NCBI GenBank assembly: GCA_964016885.1
Contig: OZ024743.1
Span: 328,104,001 to 328,168,000, forward strand
Reading direction: 5' to 3'
Source of the DNA: Eledone cirrhosa
Taxonomy: Eukaryota
DNA length: 64,000 nt
Part shown: in pieces, positions 51,840 through 63,359 of the stretch
Numbering within the stretch: position 1 is the first letter of the stretch
Layout of the letters: every line of letters starts with the position of its first letter
Notes under the pieces: model-generated
What the model was told of the DNA's origin: nothing
Database searches by the model: none
Seen by the model: the letters and a program-made list of their open reading frames with translations, nothing else
Position numbers and translations under genes: made by a program

Positions 51840-52680
51840 AGCACTTGGGATGCCATCCAGTGCAGCCTGGCCTCAGACAGGCTCACGCGCCAGCTCGACC
51901 AGCACCACCTTGCCTGCTTTTGTGCGGCCTCCAAACCCCACAGTGGTGCCTGGCTCCATGCCCTGCACTCCTTCCCCACTGGCACGCAGCTAGACAACAA
52001 TAGCCTGCGCATCGGCATTTCCTTGAGGCTCGGCCTCCGGATCTGCGAGCAACATAAATGTCGCTGTGGATCCACCATGGACTCTTTCGGCCTCCACCCG
52101 CTTTCCTGTTGCCACAGTGCTGGCCACCTTCCACGCCATGCTGCCCTCAACGAAGTCATAAAGCATGGCTTGGATGTTGCAGGCTTCCCTTCCCAGCTCG
52201 AGCCAGTGGGGCTGGACCGAGGGGACGGCAAAATGCCAGATGGCATGACCATCTTCCCGTTCCGTGGTGGCAAACCCCTTGGGATACCACTTGCACCAAC
52301 ACTTTCTGCAGCCGCAACCTGGTGCAGTCTGTGACTGACCCAGGTTCTGCTGTACGTCGGGCCGAGGAAGCCAAACTCCTCAAATGCCGGTCGCTCTCCG
52401 ATAGGTTTGCGGTTGTACCCCTGGCAGTGGAGACTTCTGGTGTCCTCAGCCCTAGGGCTACCTCCCTACTCACCACCATAGGCACTGAGCTAGCCAGCCG
52501 CAGGTGTGAACCCCGCAAGTTGGAGTGGCTTTTCCAGCACGTCTCCCTTGCCGTCCTCCGTGGGAACGCCTTCTCCATCCTGTCCGCTGGGGCTGGTGGG
52601 GGAGGGGCATCGCGTAACATTCCATATTTAGGTATCCAGATTAATGGTTTTTATATACACACCATTTTGACTATTTTTAT
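51840..52680 (+). mobile_element. CRE-clade element 3' fragment (Zn knuckle + RLE)
   Basis: Encodes CRCGSTMDSFGLHPLSC, RHAALNE, LEPVGLDRGDGKMPDG and PLAVETSG. It is the reverse-complement homologue of 9040-9810. Confidence 0.92.
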
Positions 52681-53589
52681 CATCCAATAAAGATTGGCAT
52701 ATTTCTGATCAGTATTGAGTACTCTGGTGCGTTATGGTCCATTCTTTCCTTAGACATTCTACCCACATGCCCATAGTATTGGAGCTGTGATCTCTCAATT
52801 CGGAGAAGTAGCAGCCCTACCTGGAGTAACTCTCTGATCTCCAAGCTATGCACTTTATCAAGTAACATTACTTCAAAGACCCTTCGGGGAAATCCCATTT
52901 CAGCTGTCTGTATTCACAATTGTATTCTTTCGGTCATTACCCAAGATTCATGACCATAGGTAAGGGTTGGTACAAAAACTGAACTGAAGATAGTGAGTTT
53001 GTCTTTCGTCCCTACCTCCCTTCTCCTGATTACCAAATGCTGAAGCATTCCACAGACACGTGCACTCTTATTGTTGTTCTCAGGGAGATTCAGTGTTATA
53101 CAGTGTGCAACATGGCTTACCCCTTGGTAACTTATTTTTGCCAGCTCAATGGATTGGAACAATATGAAATGAATCTTAGTCAAGGACACTGTTTACACAT
53201 ACACAGATGTTTTGTTCTTCCACAATACATTCCATTTTACTTAAGCAAAATATATTAACATGATGGCTTGATTAATTAATTACATAGTTAATTATCAAAA
53301 TGTTTTTAATGTTTGTTCCCTAAATAATTGTTTCTGATTTAGGCACAAGGCCAACAATTTTGAAGGAGATGAAAGTCAATTAAATCAATGCCAGTGTGTT
53401 ACTGGTACTTTATTTTATTGACCAGATAAGGATGAAAGGCAAAGCTAACATCGGGATTTGAATTTAGAATTTAAAGGGATGTAACTCTATGCTGCAAAGC
53501 ATGTCCAACACTCTACTGATACTGCCAACCCACCACATTTGAGATAGTGTAGGCAACACATGACCTAGGTTCTGTGTAGTGGCTATGAA

Positions 53590-54055
53590 CTTGGAACAAA
53601 GTGCTAAGCCACATGAGCCCTTTTGTTCCCAAATAACAAGCTGCTCTTAATGAGATAGTAAAGCATGGTCTGGATGCCACAGGCTTCCCTTTCCAGTTTG
53701 AGCCAGTGGGGCTTGAATAAGAGGACAATAAAAATCCAGATGACATGACAATCTTCACACCTGCAGTGATAGGCTCCTTATCTGGGATGCTAAATGTTGT
53801 GACACCTTCTGTAGCAGCAACTTCGTGCATTCGGTGACTAGCCCAGGCTTTGCTGTTCGTCAGGCCAAACTGTCAAAGTATCAGTTACTCTCTGACAGGT
53901 TTGTGGTTGAGCCTGTGGCAGTGAAGACTTTCGTTGTTCTTGGACCCCAGACATCATTCTTACTCACTGCTTACCCACAAGAGTGAGCCCCACGAGCTGA
54001 TGTGGCTATTCCAGTGTGTGCAGCAGTGTTTTTTCCATCCTGTCTGCTAGGACTA
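53590..54055 (+). mobile_element. Older degenerate CRE-clade 3' fragment
   Basis: GCTGCTCTTAATGAGATAGTAAAGCATGG...GAGCCAGTGGGGCT aligns with 52139-52590. Confidence 0.8.
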
Positions 54056-54405
54056 ACAGTTAAACAATGAGATAATAACAACTTTATTTCATGCAGTGTA
54101 AATTATACTACTACACCTTATCAATATCATTTCATTATCACCATTTAACAACTATTTTCCATGCTAGCATGGGTTAGACGAGTTGCCACATTGAGACAAG
54201 CAAGGTCATGACCCTGTCTTGCTCATACAGGACTGGTTTTGGCTTGGTTTCTGTGGCTAGATGCCCTTCCTAACATCAACCAATTTACAGTGTGGGCTGG
54301 GAGCTTTTTATCGTGTCACCTACACAACCACCTTACAGTGTGGGCTGGGTGCTTTTTGTCATGGCTCCTACACAACCACCTTACAGTGTAGGCTGGGTGC
54401 TTTTT

Positions 54406-54605
54406 NNNNNNNNNNNNNNNNNNNNNNNNNNNNNNNNNNNNNNNNNNNNNNNNNNNNNNNNNNNNNNNNNNNNNNNNNNNNNNNNNNNNNNNNNNNNNNN
54501 NNNNNNNNNNNNNNNNNNNNNNNNNNNNNNNNNNNNNNNNNNNNNNNNNNNNNNNNNNNNNNNNNNNNNNNNNNNNNNNNNNNNNNNNNNNNNNNNNNNN
54601 NNNNN
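54406..54605. other. Assembly gap (200 N)
   Basis: Run of N. Confidence 1.
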
Positions 54606-56965
54606 AAAGCAGGCTTGGAAAGTATGGCGGGATGGGGGAAGTAGAGAAGACTATCAAGTGGCCAGGAGGGAAGCTAGGAGACAAGTGTACTTCGCAAGAA
54701 GAGAAGCAGAGGAAAGAAAGTTCAAGCATGTTCTACAACGCGAGGACCAAAAATATGAGGTGTTCAGGATTGCTAGGCAATGTGTCAAGGAAAACCGTGA
54801 TATTGTCAGGGAGAAGTGTGTCCTTAATGATGATGGTGTACTTGCCATCACTGACGCTGATAAGAAGGTAGCTTGGAAGTGTCACTACGAAAGGCTACTA
54901 AATGAGGAGAATAAATGGGAGAAAGACAGTCTCCCCCACATCGATCCAATAGAGTGACCAGCAGTGATAGTTGAAGGTAGTATAATAAGTAAGGCAATCA
55001 AAGATATGAAGACGGGTAAGGCAGCTGGGCCTTCGGAAATAGTTGCTGAAATGCTGAAAGCATCTGGAACGGTGGGACACACTATGGTCACCCGTATAGT
55101 TAACGAAGTCATACAGAACGGGGCCGTTCCGAAGGACTGGCGTAGCAGCATCATCATTAACTGCTACAAGGGTAAAGGAGATTCCCTAGATAGGGGTAAC
55201 TATAGAGGCATTAAATTAATCGACCAGGTCATGAAGGTCACAGAAAAAGTAATAGCGCAACTAATCAGAGAACGAATTGATCTAGATGAAATGCAGTTCG
55301 GGTTTGTGTCAGGTAAAAGTACCACAGACGCTCTTTTCATTGTACGACAACTACAGGAGAAGTACTTAGCTAAAAGTAAACCCCTATACTTAGCTTTTGT
55401 TGACTTGGAGAAAGCCTTTGACAGAGTCCCCCGCTCCATTATCTGGTGGGCGCTTAGAAAACTAGGTGTTGATGAATGGCTTGTGAGAGCTATACAAGCC
55501 ATGTATAAAGAAACAGTCAGCAAGGTTAGAATTAACAACGAATATAGTGAAGAGTTTAGCGTAAAAGTTGGTGTTCATCAGGGCTCTGTTCTTAGCCCCC
55601 TACTATTTATTATTGCCCTTCAGGCTATAACAGAGGAGTTCAAGGCCGGCTGCCCATGGGAACTCCTATATGCAGATGATCTAATGCTCATAGCTGAATC
55701 AATGGCTGAACTAGAGAAGAAATTCCAAACATGGAAGCATGGCCTAGAATCAAAAGGCCTTAAAGTTAACTTGTCTAGTTTGTAGGAAGGAAAATAGGGC
55801 ACCGGTCCCATCTGGGAAATGGCCATACTCAGTGTGTAGGAAAGGAGTAGGCAGAAACTCCATTTTATGTCCCAAATGCAAAGTATGGGTGCATAAAAGA
55901 TGTAGTGGGATCACAGGTAAGCTAACTAAGAATATAGATTTTATATGTGGCCGGTGCTCTGGTGCAATAAGTAGCAGCAAGTGCCCACAGAATACTAGCT
56001 CATTCCATTGCACAGATGGTTCTATCTAAATAGTGGACACCTTCCGTTACCTGGGTGACAAAATCAGCAGTGGTGGAGGGTGCTCTGAAAGTACAGTAGC
56101 TAGAGTCAGAACGGGATGGAAAAAGTTCAGAGAGCTTATACCACTATTGGCCGCTAAAGGGTTCTCTCTAAAAATGAAAGGCAGGCTGTATGATGCCTGC
56201 ATACGAACAGCAATTTTACATGGCAGTGAAACCTGAGCATTGTGTGCAGAGGATATACGCAGACTGGAGAGAAACGAAGCTTACATGCTCTGCTGGATGT
56301 GTAATAGTAATATACGTGAACGGCAAAGCATAAACGAACTAAGGGAGAAATTAGGAATAAGAGGGATCAGATGTTTACTCGAGAGAAGACTACGTTGGTA
56401 TGGTCACGTGATGCGCATGAAAGACGACAGCTGTATAAAAAAGTGCAGGGCAATAAAAATGGACGGTAGCCACGGAGTAGGCAGACCCAGAAAAACCTGG
56501 GACGACTTGATAAATTCCGACCTCACACACTTACACCTCTCCAAGACAATGTCACTGGACCGAGATCTTTGGCGCTACACAATCATACAGAAGACCCGCC
56601 TTGCCTAAGTACAAAGCGAAACCTACAGTCAGTAGGCACCTCTAACAAAATACCCCCCCCCCCCCTTAATTGTGAAGTTATGTTGGTACCACAACATCCA
56701 GTCCGAAACAAATGAGGTCGTGTAGGTGTCACGACAAAAAAACACACAGTCCACGCTGTAATGTGGCCATGTAGGTAACACGGTAAAAACCTCCCAGTCC
56801 ACACTGTAAACGTGGTTGGTGTTAGGAAGGACATCCAGCCGTAGAAAACCCACCAGACAGTCCTATACGAGAAGGACAACCAATCTTGCCTCAAGTGGGA
56901 AAACTCCCATCCAAACCCATGCAAGCGTGGAAGATGGATGTTAAACGATGATGATGATGATGATG
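54606..56965 (+). mobile_element. RTE-clade LINE (RT with PHD-finger insertion), disabled; 5' part lost in the gap
   Basis: Motifs KAAGPSEI, NYRGIKL, QFGF, AFVDLEKAFDRV, GVHQGSVLSPLLF, LLYADDL, FRYLG and GRPRKTW. Has in-frame stops and a frameshifting deletion near 55770, and a (GAT)n tail. Confidence 0.95.
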
Positions 56966-56988
56966 TGTGTATATATATATATATATAT

Positions 56989-57021
<33 letters not shown>

Positions 57022-57029
57022 GCTTTCAC

Positions 57030-57153
57030 CGTATTTTTGACTAAAGGAATTTTAGCCTGATAATGGGGTTTAGAACCCTCAGATAAATTTTTCCATTTAT
57101 CTGAGGGTTCTAAACCCCATTATCAGGCTAAAATTCCTTTAGTCAAAAATACG
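57030..57153. repeat. Perfect inverted repeat, 59-bp arms, 6-nt spacer
   Basis: 57030-57088 is the exact reverse complement of 57095-57153. Confidence 0.97.
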
Positions 57154-57211
57154 CTAAAAGCTATATATTTTCTAATTTCAAACCTGCTCACTGTTTCAAA
57201 ACATACTTACT

Positions 57212-57289
<78 letters not shown>

Positions 57290-57591
57290 CAAATTAAGAT
57301 GGTAGAATAAAATCATTTAATAACCTTACAAATGTTTCAATATAATTTACTGAATATAACAATCATCATCATCATCATCATTTTACGTCCGCTTTTCCCT
57401 GCTTGTATCATAAAATATCGTATATCATCAGAGGTAATATAAATGATAAAAAACAATCACCTGGTGAAAATCAAACACAAAGGAAAAGATTGTTGTATAT
57501 ATGAAGGACTACATCTTGGTTTATATTTTCATTAAAGATGTATATTCAGTGAATTTTTTCCTCATTTCTTACTATGCTGTAATAACATAAG

Positions 57592-58890
57592 TAATTCCAA
57601 ACATGGAAGCACGGCCTAGAGTCAAAAGGACTTAAAATTAACCTGGCTAAGACCAAAGTACTAGTTTGTAGGAAAGAAAACAAGGCGGCGGTCCCTTCTG
57701 GGAAATGGTCGTGCTCGGTGTGTAGGAAAGGCGTAGGTAGAAACTCCATTTTATGTCCTAAATGCAAAGTATGGGTGCATAAAAGATGTAGTGGGATCAC
57801 AGGTAGGCTAACTAAGAACATAGATTTTACATGTGGCCGGTGCTCTGGTGCAATAAGTAGCAGCAAGTGCCTACAAACTACTAGCTCTTTCAATTGCGCA
57901 GAGGGTCCTATAGAAATAGTGGACAGCTTCCGTTACCTGGGCGATAAAATCAGCAGTGGGGGAGGGTGCTCTGAAAGTACTGTAGCTAGAGTCAGAACTG
58001 GTTGGAAAAAGTTCAGAGAGCTTATACCACTATTAGCTGCTAAAGGGTTCTCACTAAAAATGAAAGGCAGGTTGTACGATGCCTGCATACGAACAGCAAT
58101 GCTGCATGGCAGTGAGACCTGGGCATTGTGTGCAGAGGATATACGCAGACTAGAGAGGAACGAAGCTTGCATGCTCCGCTGGATGTGTAACAGTAATATA
58201 CGTGAACGGCAAAGCATAAACGAACTAAGGAATAAATTAGAGATAAGAGGGATCAGATGTTGTTTACTCGAGAGAAGGCTACGTTGGTATGGACACGTGA
58301 TGCGCATGAAAGTCGATAGCTGTATAACAAAGTGCAGGGCAATAAAGATAGACGGTAGTCACGGAATAGGCAGACCTAGAAAAACCTGGGACGAGCTGAT
58401 AAACTCCGACATCACACACTTACACCTCTCCAAGACAATGTCACTGGACCGAGACCTTTGGCGGTACTCAGTAACAGAGAAGACCCGCCTTACCTAAATA
58501 TATAGTAAAACCTACTCCAGCCAGTAGGCATCTCTAACAAAATACACCCCGTCCCACCACCCCCACCCGATCCACACCACCCCGTTCTATGTAAAGTTAT
58601 GTTGGTGCCGCGCCATCGAGGCCGAAACAAATGAGATCGTGTAGGTGTCACGACAAAAAAACACACAGTCCACGCTGTAATGTGGCCGTGTAGGCAACAC
58701 GGTAAAAACCTCCCAGACCCACACTGTAAATGTGGTTGGTGTTAGGAAGGGCATCCAACTGTAGAAAACCTGCCAGACAGTCCTATGCGAGCAAGACAAT
58801 CACTCTTGCCTCAAGTGGGACTACCCCCGTCCAAACCCATGCAAGCGTGGAACACGGACGTTAAACGTTGATGATGATGATGATGATGAT
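57592..58890 (+). mobile_element. 5'-truncated copy of the same RTE LINE with an intact C-terminal frame
   Basis: Open from FQTWKHGLESKGLKINLAKTKVL through the PHD finger to the stop at 58497. The 3' UTR and (GAT)n tail match copy 1. Confidence 0.95.
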
Positions 58891-59389
58891 TAGTTAGATT
58901 ATTTGTATTGAAACCTTTGTAAGCTGTTAAATGATTTCATTTGTTGTATATGGTCTGTGTCACTTATTTCTTCCTTTCTTAAACAACATCTCTTCTATAT
59001 TTCTAAGACATTAACACATTCAGCTTAAAATATTATTAATTGATAATATTGATTCCTTTTGGTTAACTCCATCATCATCATTATCATCATCTGCTTTTTT
59101 CCATGCTTACATGGGTTGGATGGGTCCTTCTCAGCACAGCATCTCTCCATAGATTGTAATCCTTTATCATCTCCCCTGTGAGTCCAGATCTTTCTTGGTC
59201 TACCTCTATGTATATATCATCCTCATCACTGTTTTAAATCCATTCTTCCATGCTAGCATGGGTTAGACGGGTTGTCCTGTTGTAAGCAATGCCAGGTCGG
59301 GTGACCTTGTCTTGCTCATACAGAACTAATATATATACGTAAATAAGACAATTATTGCTCCAATCAGTCTATTCACTCTCTTTCAACAG

Positions 59390-61252
59390 GTGTTGATTGG
59401 CGAATTAGTTATATAAGGTAACAGGATTACAATGTGTCAGTGTGAATCAAGATGTTGCTGGGAAAAAATTTGTTAGAAATGACATTGGTGCACTTAGTAC
59501 CACTGATGCTCAAAAGAAAGAGGCCTGGAAATATTACTATGAGAGGATGATAAATGTAGAAAATGAATGGGAAGAGGAGTGACTACTCCCAACTTTCCCA
59601 ATAGAAGGACCAGCTACTGAAATTAACAGTTATAGGGTTAAAGAAGCAATTAAAGGCATGAAGAATGGTAAAGTGGTGGGATCATCAGAGATGATTGCTG
59701 AGATGCTAAAAGCATCAGGAGAAGTAGGAGTCAAAACAGTAACCTGCATAGTTTAATGGGTAATACATGATGGAGTCATACCCAATAACTGGCATAGCAG
59801 TACAATCATAAATTGCTATAATGGCAAACATGATGCTCTAGACAGGAGCAACTATAGAGGAATAAAACTAATGGACCTAATTATGAAAGTGACAGAAAGA
59901 GTTATAGCTCAGCTTATTAGGGAGATAGTCAAATTAGATGAGATGCAATTCAGTTTCATGTCTGGGAAAAGTACTACAGATGATTTCTTTTAGTGAAGAA
60001 ACTACAAGAAAAGTTCCTAACCAAAAATAAGCTATATTTAGCTTTTGTTGATTATGAAAAGGCTTTTGACAGAGTACCTCGATTTATTATCTAATGATCC
60101 TAAGGAAATTAGGTGTAGAAGAATGGTTTGGGAGAGCAGTGCAAGCTATGTACAGAGGAGCTGTCTACAGTGAGAGTAGAAAGTTAATTTAGTGAGAAAT
60201 TCAAGGTACAGGTAGGAGTTCATTAATGTTCAGTTCTTAACTCACTGCAGTTCTTCATAGTTCTCCAGGTCATAACATAAGAGTTTAGATGATCTGATCC
60301 TTATAACTGAATCCATAAAAGAACTAGGGAATAACTTCTACTATGGAAACAGAATTTGGAATCAAAAGGTCTTAGAGTAAACTTACCCAAGACTGAAGTG
60401 CTCATAAGAAGGAAAAAAGATAGGTCTCTGATTCCCTCAGAGAAGTGGCCTTGCTCAGTATGTAGAAAATGAGTAGGTATAAACTCTATACAATGTACAC
60501 AATGTAAATATTGAATACACAAGAAATGTAGTGGGATATCATGTAGACTAACAGGTAGGGAAGAATTTGAATATAAAAGATGCACAGAGGTAATTGAGGG
60601 GGAGAGCATCAGTGATATAAACCTTTTCCAATCACATGAAGGATCCATTGAAGTGGTTGATAGCTTCTGCTATCTAGTGACCTAATTAGCAGCAGAGGAG
60701 GGTGCTCAGAGAGCATAATAGCTAGAATAAGGCTAGTATGGAAGATGTTTAGAGAGCTACTCCCACTGTTAACAACAAAAGGTTTTTCCATACATACAAA
60801 AGGACAACTGTATGACACCTGTGTATGAAGTGTGTTGCTGTAAGTGAAACATGGGTAGTGACTGCAGAAGACATGTGTAGACTGGAAAGAAATGAAGCTA
60901 CCATGCTTCATTGGATGTGAGCAAAAGACAGAGCTTGGACAAACTGAAGGAGAAACTGAGTTTCAGAACATCCGAGGTGGTGTGCAAAAAAAGAAGAGTG
61001 CACTAGTATGGACATGTGATGCACATGGATGATGATTATTGGGTGAAGAAATGCCAGGAAACCCCAATGGAAGGAAGTTACAGTTGAGGACAACCAAGAA
61101 CGACTTGGGCAGAGGTTGTGAGAGCTGATCTCATGTCATAGAGGAGATGACAAAGGAGCGTAGTGAGTGGAGAGATGCTGTGCTGAGAAAGACCTGTCCA
61201 ACCCATGCAAGCATAGAAAACAGCCGTAACAATGATGATGATGATGATGATA
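59390..61252 (+). mobile_element. Older related RTE-PHD LINE, heavily decayed
   Basis: Motifs NYRGIKL, AFVDYEKAFDRV and KWPCSVCRK...IQCTQCKY.IHKKCSG, with many stops. (GAT)n tail. Confidence 0.9.
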
Positions 61253-61754
61253 TATACAAACACACCTCTGTCTATATATGTATTGACTTATCTATTTATC
61301 TAACTACCTATCTATTTATCTATCTTCTATCTCTTTCTATACTCTCTCACACACATAAATATTTTAATTTAATGAACCAGATAAATAGAATTCGTCAAAG
61401 ATTGCCATTTGCCACTGGTCCATGATTTTACAGAACTGGCATTTTTAAATGCAAATCCATATATCAGAGCACACACTATGAGTTGGTTAGTGGTACAAAT
61501 AGTGTTGTGTGGGGACATAATTATATATATATATATATATTTATATAAAGCGTTTTTTTTATACAAAACGTTTTTTTTCCATTTCACGTAGATGCACTCC
61601 ATCATCCACTTTTCCCCCAAAATATATATGCAAATCGTCAGCATCAACAGTTTTTTAAGAGATGTCAACATGAATGGACCTGTTATTTTATCTAAAGACA
61701 TGTTTTCCAATTCCACCCTGTCCGTCCCTTCAATCTATCTTATTCCTCATTCTT

Positions 61755-61790
61755 CCTTCTGATGAAAGACTAGCGTCTGAAACGTTAAGA
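61755..61790 (+). ncRNA. Minimal type I hammerhead ribozyme-like motif
   Basis: CTT-CTGATGA-A-AGAC(TAGC)GTCT-GAAA-CGTT-AAG. The catalytic boxes are intact, stem II is 4 bp, stem III is the palindrome ACGT, and stem I is short. Confidence 0.6.
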
Positions 61791-61949
61791 CCATCTTCCT
61801 GCTATTTAACCTAATATATTCCTTCCATATACTGTTCCGATTGTGTTGTTATTTTTGTTTACTTTTTACATATATATATATATATTTATTAAAATAACAG
61901 ATTAAAGTTTGAGCTCTCTTTGGATTTTAGTCTTCAAATTTATTATTAT

Positions 61950-61992
<43 letters not shown>

Positions 61993-62069
61993 TTCGTTAG
62001 CTTGGCTGCAACCATGGCTTTGTTGATGCTGTACTAAATTTTGTATATATATACATATATATATATATA

Positions 62070-62278
62070 TAATGTGGCCGTGTAGGCAACACGGTAAAAA
62101 CCTCCCAGCCCCACACTGTAAATGTGGTTGGTGTTAGGAAGGGCATCCAACTGTAGAAAACCCGCCAGACAGTCCTATGCGAGCAAGACAACCACTCTTG
62201 CCTCAAGTGGGAAAACCCCCGTCCAAACCCATGCAAGCGTGGAACACGGACGCTAAACCTGATGATGATGATGATGAA
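62070..62278 (+). mobile_element. Solo 3' UTR/tail of the RTE-PHD LINE
   Basis: Near-identical to 58678-58880. Confidence 0.9.
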
Positions 62279-62519
62279 ACATACATTTCTATCCATCTCT
62301 CTACCAGTCTATCTCTCCCCCCCCCCCTTCTTAGCTAAAAAAAAAATTGAAAAGAAGAAAAAATAAAATGGATCACTTTTGTTTTTAAAATCATTGATTG
62401 ACTTTAAAGCGGTAGTGAAGACTGGCAGGTAACTGGAGACAGGTATGAAGAGGTGTGCAAATTACAGAGATGACATACTGACAAATATACAGATAGAAGG
62501 GTTTTATCTCTTTAGCTTA

Positions 62520-62788
62520 TTGTCATCATCATCATTGCTATCACCATCACCACCATCACCATCTTCATCACTATCACTATCATCATCACAATCACCACCA
62601 TCATCATATCCCTCATGATCATCATCATCATTATCATCACCATCATCATCACAACACTCATAACCATCACCATCATCATCGTTATCATCTTTCTTCACCA
62701 TCGTTGTCATCATCATCATCATCATCACTACCACCAGCACCACCACCACCAACACCATTAACATCATTTTCACTATCATCATCACAAC

Positions 62789-62832
<44 letters not shown>

Positions 62833-62985
62833 CCACCACCACCACCACCACCACCACCACCACCACCACCACCACCACCATCATCATTTTCACGATCATC
62901 ATCACCATCATATCGCAACAATCATCATCATCATCATCCCCACCACCATCATCCTCATCATGGCAATCATAGCTGTCATCACCTT
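62520..62985. repeat. (CAT)n/(CAC)n compound trinucleotide microsatellite
   Basis: Direct inspection. Confidence 0.97.
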
Positions 62986-63209
62986 TTGATATCAAACCGT
63001 CTAAAACTGTCCCTGGTTTGATGATATAAAACTGTTTATTTTACAGTGTTTATGATAAAAGCTTTCCATCATAATTTCATATAAGAACCTTCATTAACTC
63101 TTTCATTCCTATATTTCTCATGAAAGACACTGCCTATGGTTTTCAAATTTGGAAGAATTTTGTAATATAACTAACTTTCTTGTTATTTATCTAGTGCACC
63201 AACATGCCC

Positions 63210-63355
63210 AAATTACAGGGTGGACTGGGTGGTTTTTGTTGTTGTGACATCAGTCCTTCTACCTTACAGGGTGGACTGGGGGCTTTTTGTTATTGTGACA
63301 TCAGTCCTTCTACCTTACACGGTTGACTGGGTGATTTTTGTTGTTGTGACATCAG
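63210..63355. repeat. 51-bp tandem repeat, ~3 copies
   Basis: Unit TTACAGGGTGGACTGGG...TTTTTGTTGTTGTGACATCAGTCCTTCTACC. Confidence 0.85.
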
Positions 63356-63359
63356 CGTG

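Noticed and set aside
62504-63021. Poly-Asp/Gly/Ser/Pro/Met ORFs
   Set aside because: Products of a (CAT)/(CAC) microsatellite.
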